A stretch of DNA of 64,000 nt from Phycisphaerae bacterium (GTDB taxonomy: Bacteria > Planctomycetota > Phycisphaerae > Phycisphaerales > SM1A02). The position numbers and the translations under genes are program-made. How positions within the stretch are numbered: position 1 is the first letter of the stretch; every line of letters starts with the position of its first letter. The notes beneath the pieces are model-generated. The model was not told the DNA's origin, made no database searches, and was given only the letters and a program-made list of their open reading frames with translations. Where the stretch lies: assembly GCA_002722935.1 (NCBI GenBank), contig PBMX01000010.1:2169-66168 (forward strand), read 5' to 3'. Shown piece after piece: positions 19,008-28,886 of this stretch.

Positions 19008-20201
19008 ATGCCCTCACATGATCTGATTGCCCCGAACGGTGGAACACTGGTCGACAGGTTCGTTACCGGTGATGAAGCAGCCAAGCTCAAGGACGCTGCC
19101 GATTCGATGCCGTCCATCACATTGACCTTCAAGCAGGCCTGCGACCTGGAGATGATCGCCATTGGAGCGTTCAGTCCCTTGACGGGATTCGTCGGTCCAG
19201 AGGATTTCAAGTCCATCTGCACGACGATGCGAACCGCGGACGGTACGCCGTGGCCCATTCCGATCACGCTTGCGGTCGATGCCGAAACCAAGGATTCCCT
19301 CGCGGTCGGCGGCCAGGCGGCCCTCTACCACGCCGATGGCACCTTGATGGCGGTCATCGACGTCGAGTCGATCTACGAGCACGACAAGGCCCTTGAACTT
19401 CCCAATGTGTTCCGGACCGATGACCCCGCCCACCCGGGTGTCCAGGCCGTCCTCGAGGAAGGCGACTGGCTGGTCGGCGGACCAATCCATGTCCTGACCG
19501 TGACGCCCGAGCATGAGCCGGGAGAGCAGTTCACCGATCATCGCCTGGTACCGGCGGCGACTCGTGCGGCCTTCAGTGAGCGTGGCTGGAAGACCGTCGC
19601 GGCCTTCCAGACCAGGAACCCCATTCACCGCGCGCACGAGTACCTATGCAAGTGTGCTCAGGAGATCTGTGACGGACTGCTGATCCATCCGCTCGTTGGT
19701 GAAACCAAGCCCGGAGACATTCCGGCCGATGTCCGCATGCAGTGCTACGAGACCATCATCGACCACTACTTCGTCGATGACAGGACGATGTTGACGGTGA
19801 TGCCGGCCGCCATGCGCTACGCCGGCCCGCGTGAAGCCGTCCTGCATGCACTCGTTCGACAGAACTACGGCGTGACCCACTTCATCGTCGGTCGCGATCA
19901 TGCCGGCGTGGGCGACTACTACGGCACCTACGATGCCCAGAACATCTTCGACGAGTTCGAACTCGGCGAAATCGGCGTGACGCCCCTGAAGTTCGAGCAC
20001 GCCGCCTGGAGCAACAAGGCTCAGGGCATGGTCAGCAGCAAGACCTTCCCGAAGATCGAGGGTGACCAGATCTTCCTGAGCGGCACGAAGGTCCGCGAAC
20101 TGCTTGACAAGGGCGAGCGTCCACCGGCCGAGTTCTCTCGACCGGAGGTGGCGGATGTACTCATCGAATGGGCGACCGCCGAGTCGACTGCGGCGGTCTG
20201 A
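19008..20201 (+). CDS. sat: sulfate adenylyltransferase (ATP sulfurylase, Sat type)
   Basis: [14 protein letters not shown] and [16 protein letters not shown] motifs. Start placed at [15 protein letters not shown]; the ORF opens at a GTG at 18966. Confidence 0.9.
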   Translation: MPSHDLIAPNGGTLVDRFVTGDEAAKLKDAADSMPSITLTFKQACDLEMIAIGAFSPLTGFVGPEDFKSICTTMRTADGTPWPIPITLAVDAETKDSLAVGGQAALYHADGTLMAVIDVESIYEHDKALELPNVFRTDDPAHPGVQAVLEEGDWLVGGPIHVLTVTPEHEPGEQFTDHRLVPAATRAAFSERGWKTVAAFQTRNPIHRAHEYLCKCAQEICDGLLIHPLVGETKPGDIPADVRMQCYETIIDHYFVDDRTMLTVMPAAMRYAGPREAVLHALVRQNYGVTHFIVGRDHAGVGDYYGTYDAQNIFDEFELGEIGVTPLKFEHAAWSNKAQGMVSSKTFPKIEGDQIFLSGTKVRELLDKGERPPAEFSRPEVADVLIEWATAESTAAV

Positions 20202-20238
20202 TCGAATCACGTTTCAACGAAGCAGGAGCACGAGAGAC

Positions 20239-20859
20239 ATGGCTGAACAGGTAGCGACAAACATCACCTGGCATGACGGAACGGTCACGAGGGACGAGCG
20301 CAAGGCCGTTCTCAAGCAGAAGGGCTGCACCGTCTGGTTCACGGGACTTTCCGGTAGCGGCAAGAGCACGATCGCAGTTGCGCTCGAGCAGGTGCTGTTC
20401 CAGCGAGGGCACGTCGCCTATCGACTTGATGGCGACAACGTCCGCATGGGTCTCAACAAGAACCTTGGCTTCTCGGCCGAGGATCGAGCCGAGAACATCA
20501 GGAGAATCGGCGAGGTCTGCAAGCTCTTTGCCGATTCCTGTGTCATCACCCTCTCGAGTTTCATCAGTCCCTATCGCGAAGATCGCGACCAGGCACGCTC
20601 GCTTCACGCCGATGGAGACATCGATTTCATCGAGTGCTACGTCGAGTGTCCGCTCGAGGTCGCCGAGGAGCGTGACCCCAAGGGCCTCTACAAGAAGGCT
20701 CGTGCAGGCGAGATCAAGGGATTCACGGGCATCGACGATCCATACGAGGAGCCCGAGTCCGCGGAACTCGTGATCAATACGGCTGAATGTTCACTCGAGG
20801 AGTCCGTCCAGGCCGTCCTCGACTGCCTCGAAGCCAGGGGCCTCCTGAAGGCCGACTGA
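20239..20859 (+). CDS. cysC: adenylyl-sulfate (APS) kinase
   Basis: [19 protein letters not shown]-loop, [19 protein letters not shown]. Start at [12 protein letters not shown]. Confidence 0.92.
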   Translation: MAEQVATNITWHDGTVTRDERKAVLKQKGCTVWFTGLSGSGKSTIAVALEQVLFQRGHVAYRLDGDNVRMGLNKNLGFSAEDRAENIRRIGEVCKLFADSCVITLSSFISPYREDRDQARSLHADGDIDFIECYVECPLEVAEERDPKGLYKKARAGEIKGFTGIDDPYEEPESAELVINTAECSLEESVQAVLDCLEARGLLKAD

Positions 20860-20885
20860 TCCGTTCGAGACCGGATGCAAACGAC

Positions 20886-20921
20886 AGGTGCCCACGTCCA
20901 GGCGTGGGCACCTTCTTTTTT
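20886..20921 (+). terminator. intrinsic terminator after cysC
   Basis: Perfect 11-bp stem AGGTGCCCACG / CGTGGGCACCT with a 6-nt loop, followed by TCTTTTTTC. Confidence 0.8.
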
Positions 20922-20937
20922 CGGATCGACCCGGTGA

Positions 20938-22023
20938 TCAGCTGCCGCCGTGGATCACGACGTCGTCGAACTTCTCGATGTCATCCGGAGAGATGTCATC
21001 CCAGCCGGATTCGTAACCACCGGCGGGAGTCAGGGGTCCGTCCTGATGTGACAGGAAGACTCCGTCGGGTCCGGCTGAAAGAAGCATGTAGGATCCGCGT
21101 GCAGTGCCGTATTGCCATGCGACCGGATCTCCATCCGGTGGATCGTAGAAGGCCGGGTGGGCCACGAGGACCGTGAGCCACCGGCGCTGCTCGACATCAT
21201 TGCCGTTGCCCTCCTGTCCCGCGAGCCGACTCCCGGTGATGGCTCCGGATCCGGGGACGGTCGTCTGCAACTGTCGCTGGCGATCTTCTCCAAGGGCCTT
21301 CGCCTTGAAGTACAGGCCAAGGCCGCTGGGGCTGAACTGGCCCATTTCATTGCTGCCGCTGGTCCCGGCTTCATCGACGAGGGGTCCACTCTTGCGTACC
21401 TGGCGAATGAAGACGATCGGGTTACCCCAGGAGTCCTGGAGATCGGGGAGGGCGTTGAATCCCTGTTCTGCGGCGTCGGTTCCATTCGGATTCGCCGTAT
21501 CGCTCCAGCGATTGATCATTTCGTTCGTCTTCGGGGAGAAGTAGGGGGGATACGGTTTCCCGTTGATGACCGGGCCTTCGCTGATGCGTGTCAGGTCGAC
21601 GATGACCTCCCACTGGCGACCGGGAGAGGCCGGGTCGGCGAGACTGAGTTCGACCGGTTTCCTCGCATTCTGCTTGAACTCCTCGTAGGACTCGTAGGTG
21701 CTGCTGTCGCTGGCGTCATCGCTGGTTCGCACGCGGTACCCACCCATGAGATGAAGCAGGGCGCTCTGCGTGCTGGTCAGGTTGGTGCCGTCTCCGAGTA
21801 CGCGTGGAGGCACGATGCTCGGGTACTCGCCGTGCTCCATGGCGAAGGCGTCGCATGCCGCTGAAAAGGATTGCAGGGTTGCGGACGTCTTGCTCTTGTT
21901 CGCCGATTCGGCTGCACCACTGAGAGCAACGAGCAGGATCCCTGCAAGTACGGCGATGATGCTGATGACGACAAGCAGTTCAACAAGCGTGAATGCGTGT
22001 TTCCTCGAGGTGCGTTGTTTCAT
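20938..22023 (-). CDS. prepilin-type N-terminal cleavage/methylation domain protein (type II secretion pseudopilin-like)
   Basis: N-terminus MKQRTSRKHAFTLVELLVVISIIAVLAGILLVAL. 361 aa. Confidence 0.8.
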   Translation of the reverse strand: MKQRTSRKHAFTLVELLVVISIIAVLAGILLVALSGAAESANKSKTSATLQSFSAACDAFAMEHGEYPSIVPPRVLGDGTNLTSTQSALLHLMGGYRVRTSDDASDSSTYESYEEFKQNARKPVELSLADPASPGRQWEVIVDLTRISEGPVINGKPYPPYFSPKTNEMINRWSDTANPNGTDAAEQGFNALPDLQDSWGNPIVFIRQVRKSGPLVDEAGTSGSNEMGQFSPSGLGLYFKAKALGEDRQRQLQTTVPGSGAITGSRLAGQEGNGNDVEQRRWLTVLVAHPAFYDPPDGDPVAWQYGTARGSYMLLSAGPDGVFLSHQDGPLTPAGGYESGWDDISPDDIEKFDDVVIHGGS

Positions 22024-22183
22024 TGGGTCTGGTCTCGGTCAACAAGAAACTCGTATCGGCGAACCCTTCGCCGCATGCACGTTCGTGCCTGTTCCCGTTC
22101 CACGTGTCCGCTGCCTTGAGCAGTCTACGTCGATGCACGGGTTTCGCCAGTGGGAAGTGCCGTTTTTCAGCGGTGTTGCCCGC

Positions 22184-22660
22184 TCATGCCTGTCGCATGG
22201 CGGCATTCCTGAGGAATGGTTCGAGGAAGCGATCGATGAACGTCGAGGTCGCCAGTACGGAAGCCTCGTGGTGTTCACCCCAGAAGCAGGCATGACCGAT
22301 GCCTCCTTCCTGGTCCATGAGCACCTGGTACTGCCCCTCGACGAGCAGGGCCGTGGGGAGCCGGGTTGCGAGCATCGCCGATGCTGCATTGCTGGCCGGG
22401 CTGCCGATGGACATGCTGGGTTGCAGCATGAGTGCATGGTCATTGAGGTACCAGAGATCCGTCATCACGAGGGGATGCAGGTCCGTCCCGGGAATGATGG
22501 ACGGAATCTCCTGGTGAATCGCATCCCTGAGTGCGTTGCCAAGTGGGCGATCGCCCAACTCAGGGCCGGGTCCGGCGCCGACGATGATCGGGAGAATCCT
22601 GGAGGCCTCGGGTACCTCATCTGGCCGGAGTTCGTTGATGTTGGAATGGGCGTCGGACAT
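22184..22660 (-). CDS. hypothetical protein, possibly translationally coupled to prfA
   Basis: 158-aa ORF whose ATG (22658-22660) directly abuts the prfA stop codon (22661-22663). No family recognised. Confidence 0.55.
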   Translation of the reverse strand: MSDAHSNINELRPDEVPEASRILPIIVGAGPGPELGDRPLGNALRDAIHQEIPSIIPGTDLHPLVMTDLWYLNDHALMLQPSMSIGSPASNAASAMLATRLPTALLVEGQYQVLMDQEGGIGHACFWGEHHEASVLATSTFIDRFLEPFLRNAAMRQA

Positions 22661-23743
22661 TCAGAGATCAGCCAGCCTGTTCGCCGTCTCCAGTTCGACC
22701 AGGGCGTCGATCATCGGTTGCAGTTCTCCTGCAAGCGACTTCTCGAGGTTGTAGGACTCGCCGAGACGGTGATCGACGACGAGATTCTCCTTGGCCCGGT
22801 ACGTCCTGATCTTCTCCGCCCTCGAGCCGGAACCGATCATGCTCCGTCGCTGCTGGGCCCGCTCGGCATCGGCTTCCGCCTTCTGTCGTTCATAGAGGCG
22901 TGCTCGAAGCAGTTTCCAGGCCTTCTCCCTGTTCTGCGACTGGCTCTTGGTGTCCTGCATTCGCACCTCGATGCCCGTGGGTTCGTGAATCAGGTGCACC
23001 GCAGTCGAGACCTTGTTCACGTTCTGGCCACCGGGTCCGGTCGCCGTCGTGATCATTTCCTTCACGTCGTTGGCATCGAGCTGGACATCGACTTCCTCGG
23101 GTTCCGGAAGCACGGCGACGGTGGCCGTCGAGGTATGGACCCTGCCCTGTGCTTCGGTCGCTGGTACACGCTTGACCTGGTGGGTTCCTCCCTCGAAGCA
23201 GAGGTTCGCCCAGGCACCTTCCCCGGCGACGGACAGCAGGCAGAGTTTGCATCCACCCACGTCTCCCTCGGAGCGATCGAGTTCCTCGCAACTCCACTTG
23301 CGCTGGGCTGCGAACCGTTGATACATCTCGACGAGGTCTCCCGCCCAGAGCGCGGCCTCGTCGCCGCCGACACCGGCGCGGATTTCCAGGATCAGCGATC
23401 CGATGGCCATGTCGTCCGCCGTCACGAGCAATGACTGGAGTTCCTCGAAGAGAGCTGCGGATTCCGTCTCGAGTTCATCGAGTTCACCGCGTGCCAGGTC
23501 TACGAGTTCCGGGTCGTTTTCACCTGCAGCCACGTTCCGTGCTTCCTCGATGCGTCGTTGCAGGAGCGACCAGTGCCTGTATCGCTCGACGAGTGGTTGG
23601 AGAGCCGCCTTCCTGATGGAGCAGGATCGAACGCGCCTGTGGTCTGCAAGCACCTCCGGCTCGAGCAGTTCCGCCTCCAGGTGCGCGTACTGCTCCTCGA
23701 TCTCGGCGAGCTTTCGAAGCAGGTTCTCAGGCAGGGTGCTCAT
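22661..23743 (-). CDS. prfA: peptide chain release factor 1
   Basis: GGQNVNKVSTAVHLIHEPTGIEV (GGQ motif) and a PATE (PxT-type) tripeptide region VPATEAQGRVHTS. 360 aa. Confidence 0.95.
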   Translation of the reverse strand: MSTLPENLLRKLAEIEEQYAHLEAELLEPEVLADHRRVRSCSIRKAALQPLVERYRHWSLLQRRIEEARNVAAGENDPELVDLARGELDELETESAALFEELQSLLVTADDMAIGSLILEIRAGVGGDEAALWAGDLVEMYQRFAAQRKWSCEELDRSEGDVGGCKLCLLSVAGEGAWANLCFEGGTHQVKRVPATEAQGRVHTSTATVAVLPEPEEVDVQLDANDVKEMITTATGPGGQNVNKVSTAVHLIHEPTGIEVRMQDTKSQSQNREKAWKLLRARLYERQKAEADAERAQQRRSMIGSGSRAEKIRTYRAKENLVVDHRLGESYNLEKSLAGELQPMIDALVELETANRLADL

Positions 23744-23761
23744 GGTGATCCCGGCAGCGGT

Positions 23762-25228
23762 TCAGGACAGCAGTTCGGTCCGCACCGTACCGTGGACGTC
23801 CGTCAGGCGGAAGTCCCGCCCCTGGGACCTGAAGGTCAATTGCTCGTGATCGATGCCCAGCATGTGGAGCATCGTCGCCTGCAGGTCATGGACGCTGATT
23901 GGATTCTCGTCGACGTGGGCACCCCAGGGGTCCGTGGACCCGATGACGGCGCCGGCCTTCGTGCCGCCACCGGCCATCCAGATGGTGAAGCATCCCGGGT
24001 GGTGGTCACGGCCCAGGAAGGTGCTTCCATTTCGCTTCTCGTTCATGACGGTCCGTCCGAACTCGCCCGACCAGACGACCAGCGTTTCCTCCAGCAGCCC
24101 GCGTCGCTTCAGGTCCAGCAGGAGCGCGGTGACGGGTCGATCCATCCCGCGACACTTGGCCGGGAGTTGTGTCATCAGGTCGTCACCCGGGCCGGTTCCA
24201 TGGACGTCCCAGCCCCAGTCGTACAACTGGACGAAGCGGACTCCCGATTCACTGAGCCGGCGGGCCAGCAGGCAGTTGTTGGCGAACGTGGCCGCCCCGG
24301 GCTGGGCACCGTAGAGCTCGAGGGTTTCGGGTGATTCCATCGAGATGTCCATGATGCCCGGAACCGCGGTCTGCATCCTGAAGGCGAGTTCATACTGCTG
24401 GATTCTGGAGAGGATCTCCGGATCACCCAGGGACTCCGCCTGCATCTGGTTGAGCCTGTTGATCGCGTCGATCGTGTTCGATCGAAGTTCACGGTCCATG
24501 CCGGCCGGATCATGGACGTCGAGCACGGGATCACCACCACTGCGACACTGCACGCCGGAGTGGACCGTGGGGAGAAACCCGCTGTCCCAGGCGGCCGTCC
24601 CCGCCGATGGTTTCTTTCCGCCGGACACGAGCACGAGGAAGGACGGCAGGTCCTGGTTCTCAGTGCCAAGTCCCCATGAAAGCCACGAACCCATCGAGGG
24701 TCGGCCCTGCAAGGCATGGCCCGTCTGCAGCAGCAGTTGGGCCGGCGCATGATTGAACTGGTCCGTGTACATCGATCGAACGATGCAGACGTCATCGACG
24801 ATCTCCTTGAAGTGCGGGAGGAGTTCACTGACCCAGGCGCCGTTTCCGCCGACCTGCTCGAAGGAGTAGGGCGTCCCGAGCACCATCGCATCGGGTTTCA
24901 CGAAGGCCGATCGCTCCGCATAGCAGTCGACCGGTGCGACTTCACCATGCCGCTTGTTGAGCAGGGGCTTGTAGTCGAAGAGATCATGGTGCGGTGGTGA
25001 CCCGGCCATGTGCAGGTAGATGACACGCTTGGCCCTTGGAAGACCGTGGGGCAGTGGGCTCGGGTTCGTGGAGTTCCCCGTGATGGATCCCATGACCCCG
25101 TTGTTGAGCAGCCCCGAGAGGGCGGCGGCGCCGAAACTGCACGTCGCCCGACCCAGGAAGTGGCGGCGGGTCTGGCACTCCGCCCGGGCGTGATCGAGCA
25201 TCGGGTTGTGGGGGGGGAGTGGTGTCAT
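23762..25228 (-). CDS. DUF1501 (sulfatase-fold) protein with twin-arginine-like signal
   Basis: QTRRHFLGRATCSFGAAALSG Tat-like N-terminus and GRDHHPGCFTIWMAGGG. Start ATG overlaps the stop of the upstream DUF1553 gene (ATGA). Confidence 0.85.
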   Translation of the reverse strand: MTPLPPHNPMLDHARAECQTRRHFLGRATCSFGAAALSGLLNNGVMGSITGNSTNPSPLPHGLPRAKRVIYLHMAGSPPHHDLFDYKPLLNKRHGEVAPVDCYAERSAFVKPDAMVLGTPYSFEQVGGNGAWVSELLPHFKEIVDDVCIVRSMYTDQFNHAPAQLLLQTGHALQGRPSMGSWLSWGLGTENQDLPSFLVLVSGGKKPSAGTAAWDSGFLPTVHSGVQCRSGGDPVLDVHDPAGMDRELRSNTIDAINRLNQMQAESLGDPEILSRIQQYELAFRMQTAVPGIMDISMESPETLELYGAQPGAATFANNCLLARRLSESGVRFVQLYDWGWDVHGTGPGDDLMTQLPAKCRGMDRPVTALLLDLKRRGLLEETLVVWSGEFGRTVMNEKRNGSTFLGRDHHPGCFTIWMAGGGTKAGAVIGSTDPWGAHVDENPISVHDLQATMLHMLGIDHEQLTFRSQGRDFRLTDVHGTVRTELLS

Positions 25229-28200
25229 GGTCGGGTGACGAACTCGTCGAGGTTCATGATGACATTGCTGACGGCCGTCATCGCCGCCGCATCGCAGGGA
25301 TCCATGCCTTCCGGGAGATCGCCCAGTGGGCGTGTCGCGAGAAGGCGGGCCTGCTCGACGTCCCGGCTGCATGATTCGACGGCGTTTTCGTAGAGGTCGC
25401 GGAGAACCTCTTCCTCCGATGGTGTCGGTGGCCGGGAGAGTGCGTGGATGAAGAGGATGTGCAGTCGCTGGTTGAGGTCCATGCCTCCCTCCTCGATGCA
25501 CCTGCGTCCAAGCGCCTGCGCAGCCTCGATGAAGACCGAGTCGTTCAGGAGGACAAGCGCCTGGAGAGGGGTGTTGGATCGTTGGCGCTCGATCGTGCAG
25601 AACTCGCGGGAGGGTGCATCGAAGGTGGCGAAGGCGGGGTAATGCCCGGTGCGACGCCAGTCTGTGTACAGGCTGCGTCGATGGAGATCGTCCCCGGTGC
25701 TGACGGGTTGCACATAGTTGTCGAATGCCTGTGGGAGCATTCCCTTGGGCAGGTAGGGCGTGACCGATGGTCCACCGATCCGATCGGTCTTCAGCAGTCC
25801 GGAAGCAGCCAATGCCTGGTCTCGTATCTGTTCTGCACCATGCCGCAGCCGGGGAGCATGGCTCAGGAGCCTGTTCGACGGATCGATCTCGCGTGCCCGG
25901 TTCGTGGCCCGGGCCGATTGCCTGTAGGTCGCGCTGGTGACCAGCAGTCGCAGGAGCTCCTTCTGGGACCAGTCGAGTTCTCCCTGCCAGTGCAGGGCCA
26001 GCCAGTCGAGGAGTTCCGGGTGCGAGGGCCTCGCTCCCTGCACCCCGAGGTCATCGACCGTTTCGACCAGGCCGTGTCCGAAGATGCGCGACCAGGTCCT
26101 GTTCACCTGGGTTCGAGCGGTCAGTGGATTGTCCGGAGCCACGAGCCAACGGGCGACCCCAAGCCGGTTCCTGGGGGCTGCTTCAGGCCATGAATGGAGG
26201 AATGCCGGAACGTGTGGATCCAGTTCGCCACGTTCGAGGTCAGGGTTCATGAAACTGCCACCGAGGAACAGGTGCGTTGCCCGCTGTTTCTCCTCGGGGA
26301 GCTCGCGCATGACGAGCGCCGTTGGAATCGTCTTCATGAACGCGTCCCGGCTCGCCGTCGCTTCCTCGAGTTCGACTCGGATCGCTTCCAGTTCAGGGGC
26401 ATGCTCGAGTACATGTCGAGCCAGAGTTTCCAGTTGTACAGAGGTTCGCTGGTCCGTCGGTGTCGTGCAGATGGACTCGATGTCCGCGGGGAGCGGCAGG
26501 TGAGCCCCGGCATCGCTCGTTCCGGACAACCGAAATCGCTCGAGTACATGCTGTGTTCCATGTGACTGCCTGATCGTGATGACCAGGCGCTGTCCATCCT
26601 CCAGGACCAGTGGCTCGACAAGGCGAAGGAGCACGGCCTGTTCGTCATTGTTCGGATGGATCGCCCAACCCGTCTTTCCATGCTCGTCCTCGTCGATGAT
26701 GCCCGACGCCGGGTAGTCGGCCTGCTCGTAGGTGGCCCTGGCCTCCTCGAACGTGACGGGGGCCGCCGCTGGTCCGGTCGTGGATAGATCGAGATCATTC
26801 ACAACGAAGTTGCCATGCCCGGTTCGGCCCGGTCCACGGCCGTCGGGCCCCTCGATCGCCTCGAGGCGGAGAGCGCTGATCGACTCCAGTCCCGGTTCGA
26901 CTTCGACCGTGTAGGTGTCCACCAGTGGGACGTCTCCGCCGGCGACGATGACACCTTCATCGCCGACGACGAGGGTCGCCCCCGAATCGGTTTCAAGACG
27001 CATCGGCTTGAAGATTTCCCACGGAGTCGGAGCGGTACGACGGGATTCCCAGCGGGCGACGGCGGACATGATCTCCTCGTCGGGTGGTGACAATCTCTTC
27101 TCGAGGGACGCCACCCTCGCTTCAAGTCCGACGAGTTGTTCCTGCTGGTCGCGGGTGGGCGCCTTGATGAAGGGGGCGTCATCGTCAAGGTCGGCGTCCT
27201 CGGTCTGGTTGAAGAAGGCGTAGAGGCCGTAGTACTCCTCGTGTCCGAGGGGATCGAACTTGTGCGAATGGCATTGGGCGCAGCTTGCCGTCAACCCCAT
27301 CCAGGACTGCATGCTCGTGTTGACACGATCGATCACCGCGGCCGAACGGAACTCCTCGTTGTCCGTTCCACCTTCCGTGTTCGTCTGCGTGTTCCTGTGA
27401 AAGCCGGTCGCGATCCGGGTCGTGATCGTAGGCTCATCAAGCAGGTCGCCGGCGAGTTGCACCTGCGTGAACTCGTCGAAGGGCATGTCCTCGTTGTAGG
27501 CGTCGATGACCCAGTCGCAGTATCTCCACATCGTCCGTGGCCGGTCCTTCTCGAATCCCTGGCTGTCGGCGTACCGGGCGATGTCGAGCCAGGCCACCGC
27601 CTGCTGCTCGCCGTAGCGAGGTGAAGCGAGCAGGCGGTCGACGACGCGTTCGTACGCGTCCGCGGACCGGTCGGCCAGGAACGCCTCCATTTCGGATTTC
27701 GTCGGCGGCAGTCCGACCAGGTCGAACGTCACTCGCCGGAGGAGGGTGCGCGGGTTCGCTTCCGATGCGGGAGCAAGGCTTTCGCGTTCCAGCCGGGCAA
27801 GGATGAACCGGTCGATTGGATTCCGGGCCCAGTCGTCATTCCCCACGTCGGGCAGTTCGGGAGTGACGGGCGGCACGAATGACCAGTGACGCGGCCAGTG
27901 GGCGCCTTGTTCGATCCACTGCCGCAACACCTCGACCTCGCCGGGTGTCAGCGCATCGCCGACCTCGGCCGGAGGCATTCGGTCCTGTCCATCGGACCCG
28001 ATGCGAAGCAGAAGGAGACTTTCATGCGGGTGGTCCGTATTGATCGCCTTGCCTGTATCCCGCATTGCAACTGCATCGTCACGCGTATCCAGCCGGAGGC
28101 CCGCTTGCCTGGCATTCTCATCAGGACCATGGCACGCGAAGCAGTTGTTCGACAGGATGGGAAGCACATCCCTGTTGAAATCCACTGTTCCGCCGTCGGC

Positions 28201-28281
28201 ATCATCAACCATCGCCCGGGCTGTAGATGGGACCAACCCGGCAAGGCAGCATGCAAGAACAATCAGGAGGCGATGCTTCAC
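25225..28281 (-). CDS. PSCyt1 + DUF1549 + DUF1553 (PSD1) protein
   Basis: FNRDVLPILSNNCFACHGPD; NPIDRFILARLE...LLRRVTFDLVGLPPT...LLASPRYGEQQAVAWLDIARYADSQG; second CAQCHSHKFDP motif. 1018 aa with a signal peptide. Confidence 0.85.
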   Translation of the reverse strand: MKHRLLIVLACCLAGLVPSTARAMVDDADGGTVDFNRDVLPILSNNCFACHGPDENARQAGLRLDTRDDAVAMRDTGKAINTDHPHESLLLLRIGSDGQDRMPPAEVGDALTPGEVEVLRQWIEQGAHWPRHWSFVPPVTPELPDVGNDDWARNPIDRFILARLERESLAPASEANPRTLLRRVTFDLVGLPPTKSEMEAFLADRSADAYERVVDRLLASPRYGEQQAVAWLDIARYADSQGFEKDRPRTMWRYCDWVIDAYNEDMPFDEFTQVQLAGDLLDEPTITTRIATGFHRNTQTNTEGGTDNEEFRSAAVIDRVNTSMQSWMGLTASCAQCHSHKFDPLGHEEYYGLYAFFNQTEDADLDDDAPFIKAPTRDQQEQLVGLEARVASLEKRLSPPDEEIMSAVARWESRRTAPTPWEIFKPMRLETDSGATLVVGDEGVIVAGGDVPLVDTYTVEVEPGLESISALRLEAIEGPDGRGPGRTGHGNFVVNDLDLSTTGPAAAPVTFEEARATYEQADYPASGIIDEDEHGKTGWAIHPNNDEQAVLLRLVEPLVLEDGQRLVITIRQSHGTQHVLERFRLSGTSDAGAHLPLPADIESICTTPTDQRTSVQLETLARHVLEHAPELEAIRVELEEATASRDAFMKTIPTALVMRELPEEKQRATHLFLGGSFMNPDLERGELDPHVPAFLHSWPEAAPRNRLGVARWLVAPDNPLTARTQVNRTWSRIFGHGLVETVDDLGVQGARPSHPELLDWLALHWQGELDWSQKELLRLLVTSATYRQSARATNRAREIDPSNRLLSHAPRLRHGAEQIRDQALAASGLLKTDRIGGPSVTPYLPKGMLPQAFDNYVQPVSTGDDLHRRSLYTDWRRTGHYPAFATFDAPSREFCTIERQRSNTPLQALVLLNDSVFIEAAQALGRRCIEEGGMDLNQRLHILFIHALSRPPTPSEEEVLRDLYENAVESCSRDVEQARLLATRPLGDLPEGMDPCDAAAMTAVSNVIMNLDEFVTRP

Positions 28282-28391
28282 AGGGCCGAATCTAGGATGC
28301 CCTGCGGGTGGCTACAAGTCTGGAATGGTGGATAGATGACGAATACGGCAGGGAGCCGCCACCCGGCCCTGGAACGGTTGGATTCAGGGAA

Positions 28392-28464
28392 CTCCCCCGG
28401 CTGGACTCGAACCAGCAACCTAGCGGTTAACAGCCGCTCGCTCTACCAATTGAGCTACAGGGGA
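28392..28464 (-). tRNA. tRNA-Asn (anticodon GTT)
   Basis: Manual cloverleaf on the reverse strand: acceptor TCCCCTG/CGGGGGA, D arm GCTC-AATTGGTA-GAGC, anticodon arm AGCGG-CTGTTAA-CCGCT, T arm GCTGG-TTCGAGT-CCAGC. No encoded CCA. Confidence 0.9.
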
Positions 28465-28513
28465 TGAATGGGGCAGAATAGCGGTTCCCGGCCCTCCCGG
28501 TCAACGAGGGGGC

Positions 28514-28541
28514 TTGCATCTGCCGCTGTCGAACCTACCAT
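28514..28541 (+). promoter_or_regulatory. candidate sigma-70-type promoter for rpmE
   Basis: TTGCAT (28514-28519), 16-nt spacer, TACCAT (28536-28541), about 60 nt upstream of the rpmE ATG. Pattern match only. Confidence 0.3.
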
Positions 28542-28603
28542 GTGGGGCTTCCAGCAGCCGTGGGCCGCTGGATTCATCGACCCCAGGAAGTGAAGAGGCA
28601 GTC

Positions 28604-28828
28604 ATGAAAGACGGCATTCATCCCGAGTACTACCCAGAAGCGAAGGTCTTCTTTCGTGGTGAGCAGGTCATGACCGTCGGTGCGACCGTGCCGGAGTTGA
28701 CGGTTGAGATCTGGTCCGGATCACACCCCTTCTACACGGGCAAATCCTCCTTCGTGGACACGGCCGGCCGGGTCGAGAAGTTCCAGAAGAAGTACCAGGG
28801 CGACTATTTCAAGAACAAGAAGAAGTAA
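28604..28828 (+). CDS. rpmE: 50S ribosomal protein L31
   Basis: [22 protein letters not shown]...HPFYTGK...VEKFQKKY. Start placed at the internal ATG, giving 74 aa. Confidence 0.9.
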   Translation: MKDGIHPEYYPEAKVFFRGEQVMTVGATVPELTVEIWSGSHPFYTGKSSFVDTAGRVEKFQKKYQGDYFKNKKK

Positions 28829-28886
28829 GTAGTCCACCCGGGTCGTTGACACGACTTCAAGTTCAACGCGAGAATGCCCCGAGGAG

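Noticed and set aside
21770-23434. 554-aa forward ORF.
   Set aside because: It is antisense to the prepilin-like gene, the prfA-abutting ORF and prfA. It has no motifs and an Arg/Gly/Ala-rich composition typical of shadow ORFs.
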